Shown here: positions 41,996 through 51,261 of the stretch, in pieces
How the letters are laid out: the number at the start of each line of letters is the position of its first letter
How positions within the stretch are numbered: position 1 is the stretch's first letter
Assembly: GCA_963732745.1 (NCBI GenBank)
Contig: CAVTAT010000002.1
Coordinates: 192,772 to 256,771, forward strand
Length of the DNA stretch: 64,000 nucleotides
Direction of reading: 5' to 3'
Source of the DNA: an uncultured Alphaproteobacteria bacterium
Lineage (GTDB): Bacteria; Pseudomonadota; Alphaproteobacteria; Caulobacterales; Aquidulcibacteraceae
The notes under the pieces: model-generated
The model's input: the letters and a program-made list of their open reading frames with translations, nothing else
What the model was told of the DNA's origin: nothing
Database searches by the model: none
Made by a program: the position numbers and the translations under genes

Positions 41996-42505
41996 TCAAC
42001 GACGCCGGACGGCAAGGAGCAGGAAGCGCACTTGGCGGCGCGTGAAACGCCGTACTGGGCCATCTTCGAGAACACGGTCGCCGTCAAAACGGATATCGGG
42101 CACAAGCCCTGCTTTCACTTTTCTCGCAATGGTGGCGCGCGACACGCCAAAGCTCGCAGCAATGTCGGCATAGGTGAACCAGATTTTCGACGCGGGAAGG
42201 GCGGCAATGGCGCAATCGACAATCGCGCATTCGGCGTCGCTGTAATCTGGCATGCTCGACAAGATTGAAATTCGGGACGGGGGCGCGGCGGGCGCCGGTG
42301 AACGCGAGCGCGAATTTTCTTCCTTCGCCGGCCATTTAATGCGATGCGGCGCGGGTTTATTGGCGCACTCCACCCGGGTCGTGGACGCGGCCACACCTTC
42401 ACCCTCGAACATCCCGAACAACTCGATCTGGTTGGGATGTTTGGATGTCGGGCGTGCGGCCCTCGGACGCCCCCCACGTTGCAAATTCAAGGTTCCACTC
42501 ACCAT
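41996..42505 (-). CDS. HTH DNA-binding protein, putative excisionase/RDF
   Basis: WFTYADIAASFGVSRATIARKVKAGLVP is an AlpA/Xis-like HTH; convergent with the integrase; start uncertain. Confidence 0.6.
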   Translation of the reverse strand: MVSGTLNLQRGGRPRAARPTSKHPNQIELFGMFEGEGVAASTTRVECANKPAPHRIKWPAKEENSRSRSPAPAAPPSRISILSSMPDYSDAECAIVDCAIAALPASKIWFTYADIAASFGVSRATIARKVKAGLVPDIRFDGDRVLEDGPVRRFTRRQVRFLLLAVRRR

Positions 42506-42599
42506 CTGCTCGCTGCATTCGGCGCTGGTAGGCTGGTCGGAAATTCGATGGCGTCCAGAGTTTGCAATCGGCGTACGAATTTGCGGCGGATGTGCCGTG

Positions 42600-44641
42600 C
42601 TACATCGGCGGCAACCCAATCGTCCTCCCGCGCCACAAGCTCCACGAAATCGATTGCCCGCGCACCATGCCCTGCACATGCCGGCCGGCGAATTGCTCCA
42701 GCGCTGGGCGCCAGGGGACAAGCTGCGCGGTGTCCCGCTGCCAGAGCAGCGCCATGCGGCCTTGGGCGAGGTCGATGCGGCGGGCGTAGATGCCCTCCAC
42801 GCGATTGGTGAGGTGGGTCAGCACCGGGCGGCCGATTTCGGCTTCGAGCTTCCGCGCCGTCGATTGCAGCTCATGCGCGGCGAGCCGGTCAAGCGCATCC
42901 TTCCCAAGGCTAAGCTCGCCCGCGCCCATCAAGCCTTGCTCGATCAGGAACAGCCGCCGCCTTTGCAGCGCCGCCTCGAAATCGCGGGCGAAGCGGCCCG
43001 CGCCCTCCGGCGCCAATTCCTCATGCGCCAGAACGCGATCAAGCTGCGTGAGGCCCAGCGCGTTTTCCTGTTCGCCAAGCGTCCAATAGCTCGCCACCCG
43101 CGCCGAAACCGGCGTGCGCGCCAAGCGCTTGGCCTCGAACGCGAGCGCCCGCGCGCGATGATCGGGCGCGATCTCGAACACGCCATCGGGCCGGCGCGTC
43201 ACCAAGTTGGCGCGGCGCATCGCTTCCAGGCGGCGCACATTGCCGGCGATCAGCGCCGGATCGGCGTGCGGCTCCAGCGCGGCGTGATGCTCGACGGAAT
43301 AGAGCCCGCCGGTCTGCTCGGCGATGCGCGCCACGGCTTCGTCGGCGGGCCGCAATTCCGCGACGCGCGGGGTGAATTCCACCAATGCGCCGCGCGCGAT
43401 GCCGGCGAACACGGCCTGATCCTCGGTGCGGTCAAAGCCGGCATAGCGCAGGCGCCCGTCGCCATCCTCGATGATGGCGATGGCGCGTTCGGACAATTCA
43501 TCGACGATCCCGACATGGACCAGCCGGCCCATCGCCGGGGCGGAGCGATCGGCTTCGAGGATGTCGTAATCGGCGCGGCCTAAGCCGCCGACGCGCTGCC
43601 AGCATGCGCGTGATCTCGGTGCGCTCGGCGAGCGAAGTGAGATTGGCGGCCATGTCCGGCGCCAGCGCCCAGCGGCCATCGGGATGGCGCGCGGCGAGGT
43701 TCCAGACTTCCAGCCGATCCAGGCGCTGAAGCATATCGATCCGGCCGCGTTCGGGGGAATCGAGCATGCCGTTCTTCGCCCGCGCCATGATCTCCCGGTC
43801 GAGCGGCGTCAGGCCCGGCGTGGCGATCTCCCGCGCGCGCGCCACTTCCGGCGCCAGCGCCGGGCGCGGCCCGAGCACGCGCGTCACCACCTCCTGCGCG
43901 CGTTCGCGGATGTCGTGGCTGATGATCTGGCGGGGAATGACGAGGTCGGTCCCGTCGGCGCGCCGGCCGCGGATCAGCACATGGGCGTGGGGATTGTCGG
44001 TGTCCCAATGATCGACCGCCGCCCATTCGAGCCGCGTGCCGAGCCGGGTTTCGAGATCGGCCATCACCTCGCGGATGAAGGGCTTCAGATCCCCCAGCGC
44101 CGCGCCGTCCTCCGGGCTGATGATGAGCCGGAAATGGCGGACATCGTCCGACCAGGCGGCGGTGAGCGCCTTGGCGTCCACGCCGTCGTGGGCGCCATCG
44201 TAGAAATCATAGAGCGCGCGACCTTCGGCGGCTTCGCGGGAGAGATAATCGACCTGGTGGGTCAGCTCCGGCTTCGGCGCTTCCGCTTCGGTCTCGTGCG
44301 CCAAACCCGGCGCCTCGGCGCGCGCCTGGGCGCGGCCCTCCCGCGCGAGATAGGCGACATGGGTCTTGAGCGGCGCGCCGCCGCCGGCGCCATGCGGCAC
44401 GATCCGCGCTTTGACGACGACGCGGCGCTGCGTGAGTGCGCGCGGGCCGCGCCGCCTTCCCGCCGCCTTTCGCGAAATGCGCGCGCAGCCCTTTCGGGGA
44501 GGGCGCGCGGCCGGCGCCGATGGCTTTCCCGCCGGCGCGTTTCGCCCGGCCGATTGCGCCTTTCAGCGGCCCCATGATCGGCGCGCGATCAGCGCCGATT
44601 TTGCCGATGCGCAGTTCGAAATCGTTATCGAGCGGGCCCAT
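42600..44641 (-). CDS. VirD2-like relaxase with DUF3363 (RlxS-type), frameshifted
   Basis: RRVVVKARIV, HVAYLAREG, RHFRLIISPEDG, DHWDTDNPHAHVLIRG and C-terminal LVPWRPALE...ISW. Confidence 0.9.
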
Positions 44642-44761
44642 GGCGCGCAGTTAACGGCGATCCCGCGCCATTTTCGAGCGCTTGCGCGCCATCGGCGACC
44701 GCGCCTTTTTTCCACGTCACGCGTGAGGGGTTTCCACCGTGGAATTTTCGACGTGCAGACA

Positions 44762-44801
44762 GGCGCTTATGCCCATAAGCGCCGCACCTGCTTTATCTTG
44801 C
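44762..44801 (+). other. Candidate oriT (inverted repeat + nic-like site)
   Basis: GGCGCTTAT-GCCC-ATAAGCGCC followed by GCACCTGCTTTATCTTGC; TATCTTG/C resembles the MOBP nic TATCCTG/C; about 120-160 bp upstream of the relaxase. Confidence 0.65.
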
Positions 44802-44848
44802 GATCTACCGTACTTCCAACTTCACCGTCGCGCTCCAATCGCCGGCCG

Positions 44849-45270
44849 CTATCGCAGCTCTGGTACAATCGTCGCGATCTCCGCCGCCGCCAAGGCGCTA
44901 ACGCCGCCGCTCATGGGATAGCCGTCGGGCCCGGGAAACACCATGAAACGATGCGCCGCCTCGATATCGTCGCACGCGTTGCGAAATGCCGCGGGCCAGC
45001 GGGGGCGCTGCGCTTGATTTCGAACGCCGCCAGACGCCCTGGCGAAAGTTCCAACACCAGATCGATCTCGGCCCCGGCGCTGGTGCGATAGAAAAACGGC
45101 GTTGCGCGATCGGACGCCGCCGCGACGATCGTTTCCACGATCAGGCCTTCCCAGGATGCGCCCGCCACGGGATGGCCGAACAGATCTCTCGCGCGTGGCG
45201 ACGTTCAGCAGCGCATGCACGATGCCGCTGTCGCGCAGGTAGATTTTCGGCGCCGCCACCAGGCGACGCC
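44849..45270 (-). pseudogene. C-terminal remnant of an AAA_14/DUF4143 ATP-binding protein
   Basis: RRLVAAPKIYLRDSGIVHALL, GASWEGLIVE and FFYRTSAGAEIDLVLE...FEIKRS; ATPase part and start are absent. Confidence 0.8.
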
Positions 45271-48200
45271 TTGGATTCCGGCCGGCGCGTCGGGCTGGGA
45301 ATTCGGCGTCAATCGCGACATCAAGGCCAAGGCAGACGGCGATTACGCCAAGAGCATCGAACAGCACTCCGCTGCCGAACGCGCCGCCACCACCTTCGTG
45401 TTCGTGACGCCGCGCACATGGGCCGGCAAAGCCGCGTGGCTGAAAGACCGCCGCGCCGAGAAGCAATGGAAAGAGGTGCTGGCCTTCGGTGCGAGCGATC
45501 TCGAACAATGGCTTGAACAATCGATCGCGGCGCAGGCCTGGTTCGCCAACGAAACCGGGGCGCCGTCGCAAGGCGTGCTTTCGCTCGACGGCGGCTGGAA
45601 ACAATGGGCCGCCGATTGCCAGCCGACCTTGAGCGAGGCTTTGTTCGACGAAGCCGCCAAGGCGGCGAGCGCGATCGCCGTCTCCAAATTCGCCAAGGGC
45701 GGCGCCGACGCGTCGCTTGTTATCACCGCCGATTCCACTGGCGAGGCGATCGCCTTCCTCAATCGCCTGTTCGCGCGCGACGACGCCGATCTCGCGCTTT
45801 ACCGCGACCGCATCGCCATTTTCACGGAGCCTGGCGCGCTGACGCGGCTGGCGGTCAAACGCGCGTCTTTTATACCTGTTGTTGCCAGCCCCGAGGTCGA
45901 AAAAGAACTGGCGCCGCACCTCAAGGATCTGCGGTCGATCATCATCTATCCGCGCAACTTAACCAGCGCCGAAGCCGACATCGTGCTCGAACCCTTGAGC
46001 CATGAAGGCTTCGAGAAAGCGCTCACCGTCATGGGTCTCGCGCGCGACGACATTGAGCGCTACGGCCGCGAATCTGCGCGCTCACGAACCGTACTGCGCC
46101 GGCGGCTCTCAACGCTTGAAGCGGTGCGTACGCCTGCCTGGGCCGCGGACGCCAAGCTCGCGGCCTTCGTTATCCCCTTCGTGTTAGCGGGCTCCTGGAA
46201 GGCCAATAACGAAGCCGACCGCATCATTCTGTCCTTCCTCGCCGCCGACGCCGACTATGAGCAGTTGGAGAAGTATCTGGCGGCGCTCTTGCTGCTCGAC
46301 GACGCGCCGGTCTGGTCGATTGGCAATTTCCGCGGCGTCGTCTCCAAGATCGACGCACTCTTTGCGGTGGCGCGCGCCATCACGCGCGCCGATCTCGACC
46401 GCTTCTTCAACGTCGCCAAACTGGTGCTGTCGGAAGACGATCCTTCACTCGATCTGCCGGAAGACGAACGCTGGATGGCCGGCATTCACGGCAAGACGCG
46501 GCAAATTTCCGGCGCCTTGCGCCAAGGCTTGGGCGAAACGCTGGTGCTGCTCGCTGTCCACGGCGATCTCTTGATGCGCGCGCGCATCGGCATGGACATT
46601 GAAGGCGGCGTGCGCCGGCTGGTACGCGATCTGCTGACGCCGATGACGGCGCGGGGTTTGCGCGCACAGAGCGACGATCTGGCGATGTACGCCGAAGCGG
46701 CGCCCGATGAATTCCTCGACATTCTCGAAGCCGATCTCGCCAGCGACGATCCGGTGGTGCTGTCGCTCCTGAAGCCGGCGTCCACCGCGCTGTTCGGCGG
46801 CGGCTGCCCGCGCTCTGGCTTGCTCCGGGCGCTCGAAGGCCTTGCTTGGTCGAGCGAACAATTGCCGCGCGTTGCCCTCATCCTGACGCGCATGAGCGAG
46901 ATCGAGATCACCGACAATTGGATGAACAAACCCGCGGGTTCGCTGGGCGCCATTTTCCGCGCCTGGATGCCGCAAACCGGCGCGGACGTCGAACAGCGCA
47001 TCCGTGTGCTCGATCTGGTCGCGCAGCGTTTTCCCAAGGTCGCGTGGGCCATCGCCGTCGATCAGTTCGATGGGCGGCGCAACACCGTCGGCCATTATAG
47101 CCACAAGCCGCGCTGGCGCCCCGACGGCCACGGCAAGGGCGAGCCGGTCACCATGGGTGAAATGCGGCGCTTTGCGCTGCATGCGTTGGAACTTGCGCTC
47201 AATTGGCCCGAACACGATCGCGACACTCTGAGCGACCTGGTCGGGGCCATCGGCGAACTGCCGCCGCCGAAGCAGCGCGAGGTCTGGCTTCTGGTCGAGA
47301 GCTGGAGCGAAAGCGCCAGTGAAGAAGACCGCGCCTGGCTGCGCGAGAAAATCCGCGGCAGTGCGCTGACGCGGCGTGCGCGCCGGCGCAAGGGCGGAGG
47401 CGGCGATGCGGCGCGGCGCGTTTATGAGGCGCTGGCGCCGAGCGATGTCATCTTGAAGCACGATTGGCTGTTCAAGAAGCATTGGGTCGATGAAACCGCC
47501 GACGAATTCGCGGACGAAGAGGTCGATTTCCGTAAGCGCGATGAACGCATCAACGCGCAACGGCTCGCCGCGCTCGAAGAAGTGCTGGCGGCGCGCGGCG
47601 TCGAAGGCTTGATCGAACTCGCGAGTAGAGGCGAAGCGGCGCAGATCATCGGCTGGTTTCTGCCCAAGATCATCGCTGAGCCGGCGGCGCTGGCGGAGGC
47701 GATCGCTGTCATCATCAACCGCAACTCATTCGCGGAGACGCTTCCCTTGCGCCAGCTCGCCGCTGGCGCGCTGGGCGCGTTGCCGCCCGAAACCGAGGGC
47801 GAGATCTTGCGCGCCGTCGCCGCGAAGCTGCCTGCGGCGGCGCTGCATCACGCGCTGGTGCTTTTCCCGTTCCGGCAAGTGACCTGGGATTTGCTGACGG
47901 CTCAGGGCGAGGGTGTGTGCGCCGGCTATTGGGCTGACGTGTATCCGGGATGGGCCCGGCAGACGCCCGCCGAATTCGCTTACGCGGTCGAGCATCTCAT
48001 CGCCGCTGGCCGTCCGCGCGCGGCGTTCCAACTCATTCACATGGACATCGAAGAGGCGCTGCAGCCGCGCGCGCTCTTCGCGCTCATGGAGGCGATACCG
48101 GGTTCGGCAGAATGCGCGCAGACCTTCCAGCTTGAATGCTACACCGTGACCAAGGCGTTCCAAGCGCTGCGCGCCAGCGGCGAGCTTAACGAAATGGAAT

Positions 48201-48886
48201 TGGCTGGTCTCGAATTTCTCTATCTCGACGTGCTCGATCCCGACGATGACGACGAGGGGGCGAAGAGCAAGATCCCAAATCTCGAACGCCACATCGAGAA
48301 GCAGCCGGAAGTGTTCGTGCAGGCCGTTGCCTTTGCCTACAAGCGCAAGGACGACGCCGAAGATCCGCCTGAACTCCAGGCCAACACGCCGGAGGAGCGC
48401 TCAGCGCGGGCGCAGAACGCCTATCGGTTGCTGCAGGCATTGCGGCGCATTCCCGGCCGCAACCGTTTGGGCCAGCTCGACGCCGGCGAGGTCGAAACTT
48501 GGGTGAAGAAAGTCCGCGAAGGCTGCGTCGCGTTGGCGCGGAGCGAGATGGGCGATGAATGCATGGGCCAATTGTTCGCACATGCGCCAGTCGACGAAGA
48601 CGGCGTTTGGCCGCTCCGGCCGCTCCGCGATGCGCTCGAAAACGTGCTGAGCCAGGACATGGCCGCGGGCATCCATGTCGGCCTGCACAACAAACGCGGC
48701 GTGGTCACGCGCGGCAGGGGCGGAGACCAGGAGCGCGAGCTCGCCGCCAAATTCGAACGCTGGGCGCGGGCGATGGAATACACCCACCCGCGCGTGTCGC
48801 GCATCATGAGCGAGATGGCGAAATCCTACACCAAGGAATCCGAATACCACGACACCGACGCCAATATCCGAAAACGGCTGCATTAA
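45215..48886 (+). CDS. Large (1223 aa) hypothetical protein, probably 5'-truncated; nuclease-like N-terminus plus long helical region
   Basis: Uninterrupted ORF. ATPWIPAGASGWEFG..KADGDYAK..TFVFVTPRTW, LEQWLEQS and YAEAAPDEFL recall large proteins often annotated as HigA-fusion. The first ~16 codons are the antisense of the DUF4143 remnant. Confidence 0.8.
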   Translation: MHDAAVAQVDFRRRHQATPWIPAGASGWEFGVNRDIKAKADGDYAKSIEQHSAAERAATTFVFVTPRTWAGKAAWLKDRRAEKQWKEVLAFGASDLEQWLEQSIAAQAWFANETGAPSQGVLSLDGGWKQWAADCQPTLSEALFDEAAKAASAIAVSKFAKGGADASLVITADSTGEAIAFLNRLFARDDADLALYRDRIAIFTEPGALTRLAVKRASFIPVVASPEVEKELAPHLKDLRSIIIYPRNLTSAEADIVLEPLSHEGFEKALTVMGLARDDIERYGRESARSRTVLRRRLSTLEAVRTPAWAADAKLAAFVIPFVLAGSWKANNEADRIILSFLAADADYEQLEKYLAALLLLDDAPVWSIGNFRGVVSKIDALFAVARAITRADLDRFFNVAKLVLSEDDPSLDLPEDERWMAGIHGKTRQISGALRQGLGETLVLLAVHGDLLMRARIGMDIEGGVRRLVRDLLTPMTARGLRAQSDDLAMYAEAAPDEFLDILEADLASDDPVVLSLLKPASTALFGGGCPRSGLLRALEGLAWSSEQLPRVALILTRMSEIEITDNWMNKPAGSLGAIFRAWMPQTGADVEQRIRVLDLVAQRFPKVAWAIAVDQFDGRRNTVGHYSHKPRWRPDGHGKGEPVTMGEMRRFALHALELALNWPEHDRDTLSDLVGAIGELPPPKQREVWLLVESWSESASEEDRAWLREKIRGSALTRRARRRKGGGGDAARRVYEALAPSDVILKHDWLFKKHWVDETADEFADEEVDFRKRDERINAQRLAALEEVLAARGVEGLIELASRGEAAQIIGWFLPKIIAEPAALAEAIAVIINRNSFAETLPLRQLAAGALGALPPETEGEILRAVAAKLPAAALHHALVLFPFRQVTWDLLTAQGEGVCAGYWADVYPGWARQTPAEFAYAVEHLIAAGRPRAAFQLIHMDIEEALQPRALFALMEAIPGSAECAQTFQLECYTVTKAFQALRASGELNEMELAGLEFLYLDVLDPDDDDEGAKSKIPNLERHIEKQPEVFVQAVAFAYKRKDDAEDPPELQANTPEERSARAQNAYRLLQALRRIPGRNRLGQLDAGEVETWVKKVREGCVALARSEMGDECMGQLFAHAPVDEDGVWPLRPLRDALENVLSQDMAAGIHVGLHNKRGVVTRGRGGDQERELAAKFERWARAMEYTHPRVSRIMSEMAKSYTKESEYHDTDANIRKRLH

Positions 48887-48902
48887 TAGGACCAGAACGC
48901 GC

Positions 48903-49145
48903 ATGCGCGGCTATTACTTCACCAATCTGACGCACGGGCTTTCCAACATCGCGCTGCCGCGCCTGAAGATTTCGCGCGTGCATGAACTCAACGATCCCTA
49001 CGAATTGCTCGCCGCAGATTTGAGCGATGACGAATTGAGGGCGCCTTATGAGGCAATGCGCGATCAGCTCGGTCAAACCCGCGGCATGCTCTGTTTTTCC
49101 AAGGTCTGGGATCAGGTAGCTTGCCGATCCACTCGTGCAAGATAA
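48903..49145 (+). pseudogene. N-terminal fragment of a DUF2971-like protein
   Basis: RLKISRVHELNDPYEL...GMLCFSKVW, then loss of similarity before the expected WSHY motif. Confidence 0.65.
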
Positions 49146-49166
49146 GTTTCTCAGATGACGCTGCTT

Positions 49167-49961
49167 TCAATGCGCCGGGTCAGCGGCGGCGTCGATATTG
49201 GTCATCGGCTGCTGGCTGACGACGATAAAGCCGCGCTGCGGGCGGTCGAGGTCTTGCGCCTGTGCGATGACGGTGGCGAACAGCACCACCATGATCGCCG
49301 AAGGCGTGACCGATTTGCCGCCGCCGAGCCCGGCGCGAAAACCATTAAATCCCAGCGCCACCCCGGCCAGCGCGTAGAGCAGCAGAAACACCGCCTCCGG
49401 CACATGATTGGATTCCGCCGCCAAGCGCTCTTCATGGATGTCGATCAGGTGCGACAGAGATTGGGTGAATTGGCCGATCGGGATCGAGCGCGGATCGAGC
49501 GCGTTGGCGACGACGGCTTCGGCCCACAACCGGTTTTGCACGGCCACGGTCGGATCGGCGATGCGCGCAAGTCCGCCCGCTGCGCGCTGATCCATGGATA
49601 TGCGCACGCGAAGGTAATCGCCGAGCAGGCTGTCCACAACCGCGGCATGGGGCGAAGGCAGCATGCGGGCCCATTGTTGCGCGCTGCTCAGCGTATTGGC
49701 CTCCGCGACCACCAGGGCTTTGCGCGCATCGTAGCGATCGAGCGCCGCTGAAAAAGTAAAACTCAGCATCAGCGTCACCAAACCGAGCGCCGCACTTTCC
49801 AGCACGCCGATGGATTGTGTAGGCGCGGCGCCAAATTTCGCGGCGCGCCAGCGGCCGATGGCCCGGCCCGCGGCCGCGCAGGCCATGAGCAGAACCACGC
49901 TCGTCGGCCAGATGATCGCAAGGCTGGTTCCGTAAAGCCATTCCATTGAGAAGTTCATTAT
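49167..49961 (-). CDS. DUF4239/bestrophin-like membrane protein
   Basis: LGLVTLMLSFTFSAALDRYDARK..VVAEAN and DLDRPQRGFIVVSQQP; start approximate. Confidence 0.8.
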   Translation of the reverse strand: MMNFSMEWLYGTSLAIIWPTSVVLLMACAAAGRAIGRWRAAKFGAAPTQSIGVLESAALGLVTLMLSFTFSAALDRYDARKALVVAEANTLSSAQQWARMLPSPHAAVVDSLLGDYLRVRISMDQRAAGGLARIADPTVAVQNRLWAEAVVANALDPRSIPIGQFTQSLSHLIDIHEERLAAESNHVPEAVFLLLYALAGVALGFNGFRAGLGGGKSVTPSAIMVVLFATVIAQAQDLDRPQRGFIVVSQQPMTNIDAAADPAH

Positions 49962-50413
49962 TGTCCGCTCCGCTTGCACGAGGCCGTGTCATGACAGCTT
50001 TCGCGCTGCCCGGCAAAGCTCCCGGAGCGCATCCTACTGGCGGGCCGCAATCACTAGGGTTGCGATTTGGCTTCCAACTCATTGCTCCGAGGACGAACTC
50101 ACCGCCGCAGCTGGCGCCGGCGAATAATAGCGCCACGCGCAGCATCGCACTCACAGTGCGGTGCGTCCTCCTTCCTCGCCACGCCAATCGTGGGCCCGCC
50201 GATTGAACGCTTGTTCCGGTGCGCTGGACCGTTCGGTGGCTGCGAATCCGGCTTTTGCACTCTTCATACAGCCACGGGAAGGGCAGCTACCGGCGATAAA
50301 TGCTCGGTTGCCGGTTGATCCGGAATGTCAGCCAACGGAAAGCACATTCCGTCCGCCGTGCCGGACTCCCGTTTCTGGGATGTCGCTGACGCCGAGAGTC
50401 GCGCCGAAGGTCA

Positions 50414-50716
50414 CTACGCCGCTTCGTGCGCATCCACGGTGACAGATAAGCGAAGGCCCATCGCCTTGAGCACGCCGAGCAAGGTTGTGAGGCGAGGATT
50501 GCCTTCAGCGCTGAGAGACTTGTACAGCGCTTCGCGCGCAAGGCCGGTTCGTTCCGAGATTATCGCCATGCCCTTGGAGCGGGCGATGTCGCCGAGCGTG
50601 GCGGCTATGATTTGCGCATCGCCGTCTTCGAGTGCGGCGTCGAGAAACGCGGCGACTGCTTCGGGACTATCGATATAGTCGGCGCTGTCATAGGCGCGGG
50701 TGGTGACTTTGCTCAT
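50414..50716 (-). CDS. Addiction-module antidote (HI1420-like HTH antitoxin)
   Basis: YDSADYI..FLDAALE..LGDIARSKGM..TGLAREALYKSLSAEGNPRLTTL. Confidence 0.9.
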   Translation of the reverse strand: MSKVTTRAYDSADYIDSPEAVAAFLDAALEDGDAQIIAATLGDIARSKGMAIISERTGLAREALYKSLSAEGNPRLTTLLGVLKAMGLRLSVTVDAHEAA

Positions 50717-51011
50717 CGTTTCTCTGCCTTCCAATCTTCCCACAGCGCCAACGCTGTCTCGATGTCGCCGGCTTGGCTGGACTTGTCGCCGCCGGCCAAG
50801 AGGACAATGAACTCATCGCCGCGCGTGGCGTAATAGACGCGGTAGCCCGGGCCGGTATCGATCCGGAGTTCGCTGACGCCTTTGCCGACGGGGCGAACAT
50901 CGCCAGGGTTTCCGCCTGCAAGGCGTCTGATGCGCATATCGATGCGCGCGCGGCCTTGGAGGTCCCCTTAAACCAGTCGTCGAAGGTCGCGGTTCGAAGC
51001 AGCTGCGCCAC
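50713..51011 (-). CDS. Addiction-module killer (RelE/HI1419-like toxin), frameshifted
   Basis: TFDDWF...RIRRLAGGNPGDVRPVGKGVSELRIDTGPGYRVYY...LLAGGDKSSQ. Confidence 0.88.
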
Positions 51012-51019
51012 GGATTGTG

Positions 51020-51037
51020 TGTAATATATAGATTACA
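51020..51037. promoter_or_regulatory. Palindromic operator of the TA pair
   Basis: TGTAAT-N6-ATTACA just upstream of the toxin GTG start. Confidence 0.55.
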
Positions 51038-51261
51038 GACTGTCAAGCGCCGGTTTGGCGCCGGGTTGGCGCTTGTCGATAACACGGAATATGTACGGAA
51101 TTTGTAGCAGGCGATTTGTCCGGTTTTGGCAAGCTCCCCGGAAAGAGTTCTGGAGTCATGTGCTCGCTGTGGGGCGACGCCCATAATTAGCCGGCCAGCC
51201 GAGGGCAAGACCACGCACAAGCCCCGTGAAGGAGTTGGACCCTCATCGGGGGTGGACGGCG

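Noticed and set aside
44849-45919. 356-aa minus-strand ORF taken as an intact gene
   Set aside because: Only the part below about 45270 resembles DUF4143; the rest is antisense of the large + ORF.
49980-50410. Small ORF or ncRNA between DUF4239 and the TA pair
   Set aside because: An AGGAGG is present on the - strand near 50170, but the ORF has no recognisable features and runs off-frame into DUF4239; no convincing structure.
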